A stretch of 64,000 nt of DNA, taken from Utricularia gibba. Its lineage: Eukaryota > Plantae > Magnoliophyta. Positions 41,201-54,321 of the stretch are shown in pieces (positions within the stretch are counted from its first letter, which is position 1; each line of letters opens with the position of its first letter). Both the position numbers and the translations under genes were made by a program. The notes beneath the pieces are model-generated. The model did not search any database, was not told the DNA's origin, and was given only the letters and a program-made list of their open reading frames with translations. The DNA is taken from NCBI GenBank assembly GCA_002189035.1, contig NEEC01000019.1:62001-126000 (forward strand), given 5' to 3'.

Positions 41201-43944
41201 TCATGATCAAGTTAAAAACTCCCTAGCTAGAGTATTTGTGAAATGAGGATATCACAAATACGGATAAGCTCGCACACATTGAGTTCCCTAAATTGTTTAG
41301 ACAATGGTTCTCACAATTGATGTAATGAGATTACTAGAACCTATGTGTGGGTGTCGATTAGAGAATCGATTCACTGGATGACTCATCTTTGAGATGCTAC
41401 TATGGGAAGCTAACCAAGTGTCAGTAGCAAGATCTCGAATATGACAGCCGTGCAATTAAGCTTAGACTTGAGGTCAACAAAGTTATCTTGATCTTAGGCT
41501 CACATTTTCGCTCATTACTAATGAGAGCCTAACCATGGCTTGCCTAGTATGGATGAGTAGGGATGTGACTCCTTAAGGTTGGAGATATTTGATTGATCAA
41601 TAAAGGATTCATCACTCATGTTAGCGATGAGATCATATCTCAAGTAATTGCATCAAAGCCTAACAGTAAGTCCTGGGCCCAAGGTAATGACACTCGAATT
41701 GTTTGAGTAGGTCATTGAGTGTTAGTGCTTGAATGCAATTATAAGTTCGATACATCAGAAAGACACACACCCATGTTCTAGTATCGAATGAGATATAAGT
41801 ATGATGAAAGCTGTTCATTGCATGGTGGCTGGTCATGGAAAGACTCAATCAGTTCACCTGATTATTCTTACATCTTGGGGATCATGATATGTTGCTAGAC
41901 ATCACTCATGATCGATAATGATGGATTTGATTAATTAAGAGTTAATTAATAAATCCATTATTACGGCCTTGATTGAAGAAGCCTATAGGGTCATACACAA
42001 TAGTGGAGTCACTCAACGATATAAAATAGAATGACACAATTACATGAAATGTAATTGGTAAAGTGGATAAATTAAATTGAGAGTTATTTTGAGATTAATA
42101 TTGATTAAATTTAAAATAAAAGATCATATATAAATAAGATTTGGAACATATACATATCTCCACAAGATAAGATCTTTACAGAGATATGATTTGATATGTT
42201 ATCATATATCTATCAAAAAGATTTAGATCTTAAGATCTGCTCCAAGGAGGCGTTTTTCTCTACTAGCACCTGAGGAATTCGACCAGCATTCAAGAGCCTT
42301 GAGAAGGTTATCGACGGAGTGCTCCACGTGTGGATACCATAGAGGCCGTCTGTTATTGGCGGCTCGTGAACAACGGAGTCATCTGAAAGGTATTTTAGAA
42401 TCCCTTTGTCTAATGTATACCGTATTCCAAGATCTGCGTTGGGGGTTTCTGAAAATTTTTAAAATTCCGCTGCTTTTGAGACATACGATGTCTACGAGAA
42501 ACCCTACACCGTTACCCCTATATTAATAATCCAAACACTGTTGTTAAAAAACAATGATGTAGTCTCTTTACCTGAGATGTGCATATGACTGGTGGAATGC
42601 TCCTGTCCTTCTTCAGACTTTGTGTGCACAGAATGAAAGGTCCGTGCATTAGTCTTTAGTTCCATGATCTTCTTGAGTTGATCTTCCCATACCTTACTCC
42701 AATTATCTCTATGTATTTCTTTGAAGCGATCTGACACCCCATGGATGAGGAAGCATGTATCATGAGTGTGCTCATCAAGGTGACATAAGTCAAATTTCCT
42801 TGGTATTTTTGGGTGGGTGGATGTTCCCCCCCATTCCCAGGTTTTTTTTTTCACTTGCACCAAGTCTCCTTTTGTTTTGTACGATCATAACACTATGTTG
42901 GATTTGCTTGCTCATGGATTCAATGATTTGTTTGTGTTCTTCTGTTGTCAACACCATGGATAATACGTCATTGATAGGTGGGAGTGACTTCATGAGAAGA
43001 ATTTGACTCCGTGTGATTTCAAACTCTGGACCCAAGCCCATAAGAAAATCAATGACAAAGGTGCTCCTAAAAATTTCAGACACTGGTACTTGCATCCCAT
43101 ATGAGCAGATCGATGGAGGTAAGGCAGCTGTGTAGTCTTACTACAACACCTTCCTTTTCATATAGTAATCACTGACTGATAGGTTCCCCTGTACTAGCAT
43201 CGCTAACTCTCTTTGTATGTCATACAGAAGTGGTCTGTTACTTGTCCTGTACTTTTCTTGGAGCTCCAACTAGAGTTCCCTAGAAGTCTCACAGTTGGTG
43301 AAGGATGCATGCAGCTCTGGAGAGATGGAACTCATCAGCCAAGCCAACGCCATGGCATTGGCTTGAAGCCAGTCATCATAAAACGGGGATGACTCTTTAG
43401 GTGTTGGCAATCGCCCGTCAATTAGGGCCATCTTCTTCTTGGCTGAAGAGCAATCCGTATCCCCTTGCACCAAGCATTATAGTTTTTTGGAATCAGTAAT
43501 GTGGAGACAAGGGATTGGTTAGGATTCTCTGAACCATAGAGCTTTACTATGCTTGCAACTACTTTTGGAGTGAGTTGAGGAGTAGAGTAGCTCGAGTGTT
43601 CACTAGGAACAAAGTCCTCATCTCCCGGTGTACCATGATTCTCACTGGAGGTCATGGCGGTAATCAACCTCGCTCTAATATCATCACAAAGAAAGAGTGT
43701 ACAAGCGCACAACATGCGTTTCATTTATGTTGACTTATATATCTAAACCGGAATGGTTCCAATATTTAATACAAGTTTCCTCTTGCTTTCTTCCACCATT
43801 TCTGCCTCGAGCTATTCTCCTTTTACTATCTCCTACGACTGGTCAGTTTTTTCTACCAAGGTCCCTTCTAGAGTGTTCTGATCGGTGCCTTTGGGGTCAG
43901 CATTTGGGCTTGTATGTCTTGTTAAGCCATTGGGTGTGCTGATA
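38292..43944 (-). mobile_element. Ty1/copia LTR retrotransposon (Ale/Retrofit-like gag), degenerate; 5' LTR 43944-43684, 3' LTR 38497-~38292 (truncated)
   Basis: Degenerate Met PBS TGATATTAGAGC at 43683-43672 and PPT GGGCTTGAGGAGGGGA at 38513-38498. Gag LVSTLLIPKNYNAW, WIINIGVT, integrase GPYKV...LTVVDD and FGCLC, RT LVYVDDLL, and RNase H CELKWITYLL...HERTKHIEVDCH. Confidence 0.9.
41011..42508 (+). mobile_element. Angela-like Copia 3' LTR (41039-42508, TG...CA) with its PPT and ~28 bp of internal sequence, nested antisense in the Ale-like element
   Basis: PPT AAGTGGGAGAT at 41028-41038 directly precedes TGTTAGTGTATG. The LTR ends GAGAAACCCTACA. It is homologous to 1186-2612 and 52857-54321. 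Confidence 0.88.
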
Positions 43945-46900
43945 ATTTCATCATGTTTGACATTGGTTCTTATAAGCATGTGCATTCATCAATCGTAGAT
44001 GAATCGAGGACAGCTAGATGTGGTTTCGCTCTTGCTAGTGCTTTAGATTACTTGAATTAATTAGCAACTTTTCTAACGTATGACTCTTAACCTTATCCTT
44101 TTGTGTTGATTTTGATGCAATTATGATGCTTTTTGGTTGTTTGATACTATGAAGGAATATGAACTTATATGTAGATTTTTATGTGGTCAACTAAGTTTAC
44201 CTTTTTGTAGAATAATAATTTTCATAACATTCGATGACTTGATGATTATTGGATAATTTTATATTATATTTTTGGGGTGCTATACGTTTTGAGAACGGAT
44301 CTCACCATTGTGAGTTAGGTTTGTGCTTCTACATACTTCTAATTTTGTGTTTTATGTCAATGTTGCAAGCTATGGACAAGATTCGATTAGAGAGTTTTAG
44401 TTGAAGAAAGCTTGATGCGTAGTCAATCATTGACAATGGCATTGGATTGATTAAGACATATGAGTCGTAATGGTTTTTTTCCACCCACATGGCATCATAT
44501 TTCTTTAATGATGATTTATTTTCCTTTCTATTGTTTACAAATCAAGTGAACAATCTTGGTAAAATTCTAAGGTCTAACATCAAGGATGGTTTTAGAGACA
44601 AAGTGCAGAAGGATGTTAAAGCCGGGCCTCAACATAGATGATTGCTAAGTGTTGTTTTTATAATAAATTTTAAATGAAATTAAAATATAAAACACTCAAA
44701 GGGTGTAATACAAATATCGATCACATGTAATTGATTTTGAGAGAATTATGTAGTTTGAAATCAAATATAAACTGTCATAATTTTATAATCAAAGTTACAA
44801 ATATATACAATGACAACAAACTTAAATGATAAATTTTAAATAAGATGATTGCTACTAGGATTAGAATTCTTTCCAATCATATTCACTATTTCCCATGCCT
44901 TTCAGATTCTTTCAAATACTCAGTTATTGGAATAAAGAATTATTTATATTCCCTTACACTCTCTTGAAAGATGGTATGATAATTGCCTCATGCAACTTCT
45001 TCTTGGATCATTGAAAAGATAAAAGGTACAGCCATCGATTATCTTTATAATCAAATTATGCACGTGTGTTCGAGTTTTGACAATGATTCAATAGTCTAAA
45101 TATGAGGTCAATGTTTGTCCATTACAATGGGAGATGATTACAAACAAAACACTTGTCTCCCTCAAACCATAAAGGTAGGAGTTACTGCATTTTACCATAC
45201 TCTTTGTGAAAATCTTTAAGCAGTGATCAGTTATATATGAATCTTGATTAAGAATCATTACAAAAAGACTGCAATACATAGACTTGGAGGCATGAGCTCA
45301 ATTGAATTTGAGAGGAAATGGAGAAGCAACTATGAAACATAATCAGTTGTGTTTTCTCCCTTTGTTACCACCTCCTCCTATTCCTACTATTACTAGATTT
45401 TGGACTAGAATTCTTATTATTTTGTCTTTTTATTTCAAATCTCTTCACCCCTTTGTGGAAACATCACCAAACAAAGCAGCTCTAATCCATTTTTTCCATT
45501 GCCATAAGTTAAAACCATGTAGTAAACTATAAGCGTTTATATAATAATATAGTGCAACTGGATATGAAATATTTTTTATAACATGGCGTGCCTTCAATTG
45601 TATCTAGAAACAACATATGCTTTACTTTTTAAATACAACATCACATTGCACCAGATATTGCACTACCAGAATTGCATTAAACTTGAAGAGGATTGCAGCT
45701 TGCAAAGTATTGTAACTTCACACAACACCATGTACCACTCTATCCTAAGCTTATTCCATTGTTCGCACAATGTAAAATTAAAAAGGATTAGTCATTTTTT
45801 TTTGTTTTTTAATTAAGCAAAGGAGGTTAATTTTATAACTTTACTTAAAAAACCATTAAATTTACCCTTTTCTAATTACATAACAACCATCTTATAATTT
45901 TAAATCCAAATAAATTACACTCATAATCCAATCATGAATTACCTTTAAAACACTCAAAATGTTTTTATTTAAATCTGAATAAAGTAATTTGAAATTAATA
46001 CCCAACACACAAACCAAACTAGCACTATACATACATCCTTTGTTGCATGTGCCTGAACTTTAGGCTCGTCTTTCACCTACATTCCTTACCTACTTGGAAG
46101 TTTGCAGTTGAAAATTCTTCAAATCAGTTTGTGAGGGTGATAAACGGGAAATTGTGACATGTCATTATAATGTAATTTCATATACCAAATATATTTATAA
46201 ACCTAATTCACAATCAATTATAAAAGAAATATGAGCATAGTGAAATTAAGATTGAACACAACAAGCATTGTGCTATTGTGTGGATGCTGACACATTCTAT
46301 TTTAGTCACGATTGAAGATTAAGTCTAAAGTATGATTAATAAAGTTCAATGATAAAATGCAGTAAAGCAATGCATAAGAAAATCAAATTTATGTGCAAAA
46401 GGAAATAATGTGATGTCTTGAAACTCACAGAAACAACTTGTCCATCACTATTTTTTTCCTATCCAAACATAAATCATGCCATATAACAAACAAGAATTCA
46501 AGTCTACGTAAACCCATGCTTTCCCCTAACCTTTGGTCTATGATAACACCATTTTTATAGTATTCTTCATATGTGTTTTTATGAGTGTTTACTATGCTTA
46601 AAAGTTTTTTTTGTGTGACTAATTGTTTCCTTTTGTATATCTAGTTGATAGGAATGTATTTATTATAAAAATAGACTCAGTTGGCAATAATTGAGCTGAA
46701 AAATCTAATGTTTCTCTCTAGTCTATGTTTAAATCTTAATAAGGTAAGAGTTAGTAATGAAAGTACACTTTCCGCATTGACAAGTCAAAAGGAGCAAAAA
46801 AAATTGATTGAAAGCGGCTTTTAATTGAAAGTAGCTAACCTCTAAAAAGGGAAGATATGGAACAAATATTTCCCTTTTAGAATCTCAAGGAATAGATGGA

Positions 46901-47109
46901 GATATTCTTCTGTTGAGCGGTAAAAAAAAAGGAGGAGGAAGGGAGCGAAGAGAAAGCTCGAAGCAAAGGAGAACGGTGGTTCTTTAGCAATTGCTCCGGC
47001 CGATTTCCAGATCTATATTTAGAGACCAGATTTAATATCCAAACTTTCAATTTTGGCCGATCTATGATCCATTGCAACCATTTGACATTTTATTTTTGTT
47101 TTTTGCTTT

Positions 47110-49400
47110 TCTATCCCTGATTTTTTATGGTAAATCTGCAAGTGCATAGAAACCGTCAAAGTAATAAAATAAGATTATATCAACAAGTAATTGTTATTAG
47201 AACTTTCTTTTCAAACAAAGACTGAAAAAGATTGAAAACAAAGAAAGATTTGGTTTTAAAAACAATAAGAAAAGTGGCTTTGGATCTAGAATCCATCTTG
47301 CTTAAAACTCGCTCAAACTTGTGTATGTAAACCTTGAGAATTGACCTGCTTGCACAAGTTCTAGAGGTGTTATTCTAAAATAATGCTACTTGATGACCGT
47401 TATAGCACCGTCCCTCGTTTATTGGGATTATAGAATCAACCATACCATCAAAGCCATTTCACCTCCTATGATAACCCATGTTTTCCCCACATCCAAATCT
47501 AACCCCTACACCTTACACCTCGTAGACAGAATAGAAAGAATGTGCTTTACCAACGATGTCTGATTGAGCCCTTCTCCTTAGGTGCTGGAGGCCAACCTTT
47601 AATTCTCTCAAACTCCCTTCGGGTTATGTGATACAAAAGAGCACGTTGGTAAAGAAAACGTTGCGAAAAACAGAATCAAAACTCAAATTAAATGTCGAAA
47701 AACATAGTAAAACAATCACACACGCAGGACTTGCGCAAGCAAGGCATCACCGCAGACCTTAGCCGCAAGCGCTCACATGCGCATGCTCGACTCTAAACAA
47801 TCAAAGTTGATGAAAAACGAAAGGAATGGAATCCAAAACATGCTAGGCTCGACTCTAAACCCTGAATTGAATCTCTGGTCGTTGACTCCTCCGATCTTTG
47901 AGTTTGGATCTTTATATAATGATGAGGAGTTGTCAGGCTTTCTTGATGGACTCACATCAAATCTTCCATCCAGATCTTCTAAGATTTGATATAGATCTTC
48001 TAGGATAAGACTAAATTTTCAAAGATAAGTTGCGAATCTTATCTTATCCAAGAATCTTTGACTGAGACTTCATTTGGATAGACCAAATCTTTGGCTCCAT
48101 CAAGCGAAGAACCAAGCGAGTGTGCAGTCTGGTCATGTCTTGTGAGATTCCGTAAGTCACTCAGTGCCTAACAAGAGTTTCTTCTTGTATGGTTGAAGAG
48201 AATGAAATAGGAACAACCGCACTGGTCATAATAGATCGACTTTCATGCTGAAGCAAGAACTAGCATGAAAGTTTTCGGGGAAGGACAACGTACTATGATA
48301 CTTTCTGTTTTGTCGAGCCCTACTTTGGTCTCTGGTTTGATGGTTGTATTCCAAAATCGTCTTAAAAAATCACAAAACACACTTTCCTTTCAAAAAGTTC
48401 AAAGTGGTATGAAAGATATCAAATTCTTCTAAAAATATAGGGAAAGTGAGATTAAAAGAATGCAAAACCTATCTACGTGAGTCCTAAAAAGCACAAATAT
48501 AAATGACACAAAATTACTTAGCAAATTTGAACAAGTTCTTGTATTTTTTGTATTTTCTATGCATTTCTTGCGATTCTAGTGCAAAGTTGTGAATGAGAAA
48601 TTTCCTATAGATGCTATTTAAGTTCTTCAATTCCAGCTCTTGAGTTTATTATGGCATCTATTCTTGCACTCTTTTTCCAACCTCCTAGGTGTTATAAAGT
48701 TGGGCTTAAGCCTAAGAACTTTTTTGAGTAATACAAGAGATAGATCCTAGTGTATACCCAACCGAATCACTTTCCTTTGCATTTTATTTGGATTCAAAAC
48801 ATTTTATGAACTCTTTTAACCTTGTAAAAACATTTTATAAACTCCTTAAACCCCTGATAACACATATTTTTGAATGTTTAGGAGTAAGAAAATGTCTAAT
48901 ATTTTGCTACAAAACTCAAGTTCTAGCATAAATTTCTATGCTTTTGCAATTAGTACTATAGTCGTGTGTTTTATTCCTAGTTGGGACTAAATTATGATTT
49001 AGGCCCAATCTCTATTTTAATTGTTTCTTGGAGCAATACAGCAATTGTTGGCCGACCCAATTCCCTAGGAATCAAAAAGAGAACAATGAAATTGTGAAAA
49101 ATATGAAGAAAAAGCCGAAGGAAGTACAATCAAATCTGAAAGAAGAAAAAAAAGAATTTTTGAAAATGATGGAAGAGAGGAGAAAAGGGAGTACCTTGAA
49201 CAACGGACCGAATACTTCTGGAAAAAATATCTCCTCATCATAAGAACACACAGAAGGAAGACGATCTAGGAAAACGAGCTCCCTTTTGGAGATTTCTTCT
49301 ACTTTTGAAGAACACTATTTCTAGGTGAGACTAGTTCTAGTTTTCCTATGTCAACAATTTGATGTTTATGTTATGCATGTCATGTTGTCATTTAACTTTC
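47110..49400. mobile_element. Athila-like LTR/UTR remnants
   Basis: 48907-49040 matches 770-900. The tgcaagtgcatagaaaccgtcaaagtaataaa block at ~47138 resembles gypsy LTR ends. No intact ORF; limits uncertain. Confidence 0.35.
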
Positions 49401-49989
49401 AGAACAGAATGTGGGTTAGGATATGTTATGAAAATGATTTCATTTCTCTTGTTATGAGAGGATAAGCTGTTAGAGGGATGCCTTGAAACCAAAGGGGTGT
49501 AATGTGCTAATCAATCATTTGACCTTGTAATCTATAGATCACACCACTTCCTTATCAATCCAAGATAAATCCACGAGGGGAAAGGAGCGACATTCATTTT
49601 AACAACCATAATTAGAGGTAGACCAAAGATTAGGCAAAAACAAGAGTTTGTGTAGACCTAGACTTTTTCTTGTTAGATGTATGACTTGTGGTGTATGTAA
49701 AGTTTTTTTAGTAATAAGCATGCAAGTCCTGATAAAGAGAAATAAAATGAGTTTATAACATAGTATCAATAGCATGTTCATATCATAACTTGACAACAAG
49801 AAAATAAACATTAATAGAAAATGTAAATAGTTCAACATGAAATTCTAAATCATTTGCGATATATTTTTGGCAAGTAGTAATATTCCTAATTAGAAGAGAT
49901 TTTTAAAAATGAGCTAAGTTCTTGCATTCATCTCCTTCCCTTTTGTTCTTCTATGATTTTTTTCCTGAACTATTTAAAAATGAGCTCAA

Positions 49990-51400
49990 CGTATATTCGT
50001 TAGTCTCTTTGTTTTACCATAACAAACACTTCACACCTTCCCAATGTTATTTATCACAATTATAGCATATGCTATATCTGGTCGAGTGCAAATATAAGGA
50101 ATATCAGAGAACTAACAATAGAGGAGTAAGATACCTTGCTCATCATTTCTTTTTCAATTTCAGTTTTTGGTGACATTTGAGAAAAGTATTTCAGATGTCT
50201 AGGGAGAGGTCTCAAGGTTCTTTTGACTCTGTCTCTAGCGATGACTATTCCCAAAATTTTCTTGGTTTCGCCCAAGTTTTTGATTTCAAAGACAGCGGCC
50301 ATTTCTCTTTTCATATCTTGTATCAGTGTTTCGTTCGGATTGGCTATCATCATATCATCAACGTACAGCAGCAAAAAAATCATGGTTCTGATTTTGCTTC
50401 TAGTAGGCACAATGATCTCCTTCACATCTTTTAAATCCAGCCTTTTTCATGAAGGTGTTGAACTTGTAATATCATTGATGAGGTGCTTGTTCAAGTGCAT
50501 ACAAACATTTTCTAAGCCTACACACAAGATCCTCTTTTCCATGTTCGAAAAATCCTTCTACTTGTTTCATATATAGCTCTTCTTTCAGGTCGTGAGGTAG
50601 AAATGCCGTTTTTATGTCTAACTGTTCAAGTTTCCAATCAAAGTGGGTAGTTAGGGACAATATAAGCCTTATTGTGTTCAACTTCACGACAGATGAGAAG
50701 AATTTTTCATAGTCTATGCCTCTCTTTTGCCAATAAGCCTTTATCACCACTCTTGCTTTATGTGTAACACTTCCTTATGAATTTTGTTTCAGCTTGAATA
50801 TCCATTGGTTTTCGACTGGTTTCAGTAGGTAACTATCAAATGAGTCCATGGCTTCCTTCACCGTCTACGGTTCTCCTTCTTCCATTATTAGGCAATATCA
50901 AGCATATCCTCTCTACTTAGGTCATATTCAGATTTAGGATATCTTGATGAGGGAACATGTAGTCTTGACGATCTTCTCAGGTTTGGAACCCCTATTTGAT
51001 CTTACATCAAAAGGCTCACAGGTGGTTGTACCTAGCTTTTCAATTTTTGTTGTAATTTTTTTTTGATTACATCATGAATATTTTAATCATTTCTTTTAAA
51101 GAACTTCCAGAACTCCCTCCAGCATTGCCTTGATTTAAGACTCTAAACTATTGTTGGTTCTATAGGTTTTGGTGACCCATTGTTGAGCTCTCCCCTTATA
51201 ATTTTCATTGTTATTCTAATGAAAATTTGGATGATCTCTACAACCTGAGTTGTATGTATTTGAAAATGGATTATACTTCTTTCTCTGTTAGAGATCTAAA
51301 CATCCCATAGCCTTAACATACTCTTTTTTAAATAAATTTGGTTACTTGTCAACAACATGTCCTATTCTGTGATAGTTTCTATACAACATATTCTTAGCCT
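49990..51400 (-). mobile_element. Ty1/copia (Tork/Tnt1-like) RT fragment
   Basis: GIDYEKFFSSVVKLNTIRLILSL...LEQLDIKTAFL..LKEELYMKQVEGF...LVCRLRK (50750-50472) and LLLYVDDMMIA...KNLGETKKILGIVI (50425-50072). Confidence 0.8.
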
Positions 51401-52280
51401 AAAATAAGAATAGCTTTTTTATCATTTTAGACATAGCGACAACATTTTTCTTCAGTTTAGTCTCTGAAACCCTTGGCTTACTTTCCACTTTGTACACTCT
51501 CTTATTTGATGTCTACTTTCTTATAATATGATTGGAATGCTCAACTAACTCAAGCAAAGAAAGAGCTTCTGTTGGCATTTTTTCTTCAAGAATCCTATTG
51601 TTGTAGAATCTACCATAGCCCACTTTGTGTACAACAATCCATCATAGAAATATTTCACAAAGTCAATGGTGTGGAAACCAAAGTGTGGGAAGGACCTCAA
51701 AGTTGGATAAATATTTCCCAATATTGATGCAATGATTCACTACTTATTCGCTCAACATCACTTATGCCCTTTCTTATTACCCCAACCTTTGAAGCTGCAA
51801 AATATTTGCTTAAAAATACCTTCTTCATTCCTGAACAATAGGTGATGCTTCCTTGCCTTATAGAATTGAACCAAGTTTTAGGTTCTCCTTCCAAATTAAA
51901 TTGGAAGGCTCTCAAATAAATTGAATCTTCTGGTTCTCTCCAATCTTCTTATAGAACTTAGATGAAAAATTAATCATTGCCAGTTTAAGTTCCTTTGTTG
52001 CATCATCTGAAATCTGATACATAGATCCCTATAGGTATGGTCAATAACATCCAAATTCATTCAAGGTTTTTTTAGATTTGGCCATCTTTGAAACCACTTG
52101 ATTTATGGCAAGAAGTCTTCTTAACTTAGCTGCTTCTCTCACTTTTCTTTGGTTCTTCCAAGCAGCCTTTTCAATTTCAGAATTAAAATCGAAATCATCT
52201 ACATCAGAAGAATGTAAATGCATCAACTAAAAATACAAAACAATTAAACAACGCTCTCTAACAATGACACCAATTTGATA
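51400..52280 (-). mobile_element. Athila-like gag (Retrotrans_gag) fragment with degenerate PBS
   Basis: RAFQFNLEGEPKTWFNSIRQGSIT...FLSKYF (51915-51697). The minus-strand TTGGTGTCATTGTTAGAGAG at ~52272-52254 resembles the Athila PBS TGGCGCCGTTGCCGGGGA. Confidence 0.65.
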
Positions 52281-52856
52281 AATGAAAATTCCTAATGTCA
52301 TTGTAAAATTAGAATTTTTACATCAAATAAATTTATAAACCTTATTCTTCACAAAATACAAATTAAACCTAAAATGCACGGTGGAATTACATGATTGATG
52401 ACAAGGAGCACATACTTGCTATGTGTTTCAGTAGATGCAAGTTTGTAGAATAAATGGTATTCATAGTTTAAGTTCAAACTAACATTAATATACAAGATAA
52501 GGAAATCGTAGCAAATAACAATATAGAAGGTATACCAGTTTGACTCTTGCACAAAAAGAAATGTGATGCCTCAAGGTACTTCGGTGGTTTGGTAAACAAA
52601 CTCTTAATTTTTCATGTAATTTTATACTTTCATAACTCCAAACAACTTAAGTTTATGCAGGTCGTTTGCCACATCTTTGGCTACAATACCCCTTAGTGTC
52701 CCAACCCATTTCACACTTATGTCTACCCATTTCTAGAATACATAGAATTAGGTTTATCTTATTCTAATGATTCTACTCGAGAGTAACACCTAATAGACTT
52801 GTCTCAACTTTTTGCTCTATTTTCAAGTTGAGGGTTTGAGTCATGCAGCTGATTCG

Positions 52857-54321
52857 TATTAGTGTATGTGTTCTAGAGACAATCAACTCATTGGCAAATC
52901 TTATCTTTTCATATTTACTTTGAATTGTGATCAAATTCATATCATTGATAAAATCCTCTACTAGATCTATGTGCTATAGAAATTATGATGAGATCATAAT
53001 ATGAGATTCTACAAGCATTTGTGTTCAAGTTAAAAACTCTCTGGCTAAAGTATTTGTGAAATGAGGATATCACATTGAGTTCCTTAAACTGTTTAGACAA
53101 TGGTTCTCACAATTGATGTAATGAGATTACTAGAACCTATGTGTGGGTATCAATTGGAGAATCGATTCACTGGATGACTCATCTTCGAGATGCTACTATG
53201 AGAAGCTAACCAAGTGTCAGTAGCAAGATCTCAAATCTGACAGCCGTGCAAGTAAGCTTATACTTGAAGTCAACAAAGCTCACATTTTAGCTCATTACTA
53301 ATGGGAGCCTAACCATGGCTTGCCTAGTATGGATGAGTAGGGATGTGACTCCTTAAAGTTGGAGATAGTTGATTGATCAATAAAGGATTCATCACTTATG
53401 TTAGCGATGAGATCATATCTCAAGTGATTGCATCAAAGCTTAACAGTAAGTTTTGGGCCTAAGGTAATGACACTCGAATTGTTTGAGTAGGTCATTGAGT
53501 GTTAGTGCTTGAATGCAATTATAAGTTCAATACATTAGAAAGACACACACCCATGTTCTGGTATCGAATGAGATATAAGTATGATGAAAGTTGTTCATTG
53601 CATGGTGGCTGGTCATGGAAAGACTCAATCAGTTCACCTGATTATTCTTTAATTTTGGAGATCATGATATATTGCTAGATATCACTCATGATCGATAATG
53701 ATGGATTTGATTGATTAAGAGTTAATTAATAAATCCATTATTATGGTCTTGATTGAAAAAGCCTATAGAGTCATACACAATAGTGGAGTCACTCATCGAT
53801 ATAAAATAGAATGGCACAATTACATGAAATGTAATTGGTAAAGTGGATAAACTAAATAGAGAGTTATTTTGAGATTAATATTGATTAAACTCAAAATAAA
53901 AGATCTGATATAGATAAGATTCGGAACATATACATATCTCCACAAGATAAGATCTTTACAAAGATATGATTTGATATGTTACTATATATCTATCAAAAAG
54001 ATTTAAATCTATAGATTGGTTTCCAGCATCTTCGTGTTCTTTGAGATTAATCCACAAGGGGGCGATTTTCTCTACTAGCATCTAAGGAATTCGACTAGCA
54101 TCCAGCAGCCTTGAGAAGGTTATCGACGGAGTGCTCCACGTATGGATACCCTAGAGGCCGTCTGCTATTGGCGGTTAGCGAATAACGGAGTCCTCTGAAT
54201 GGTATTTTCAGCATTCCTTTTTCTGACGTATACCGTATTCCAAGACTTGTGATTGGGGTTTCTCAAAAATTTTTAAATTTCGCTGCTTTTATGACATACG
54301 ATGTCTACGAGAAATCGTTAA
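52857..54321 (+). mobile_element. Angela-like Copia LTR, third copy (solo-like, no TSD found)
   Basis: Starts TATTAGTGTATGTGTTCTAGAG (TG>TA) and is collinear with 41039-42508 up to ...GATGTCTACGAGAAA. The flanks ATTCG and CCCTT do not match. Confidence 0.85.

Noticed and set aside
43950-47100. Exon-like and TE-like patches after the Copia 5' LTR
   Set aside because: No frame or motif could be assigned with confidence.
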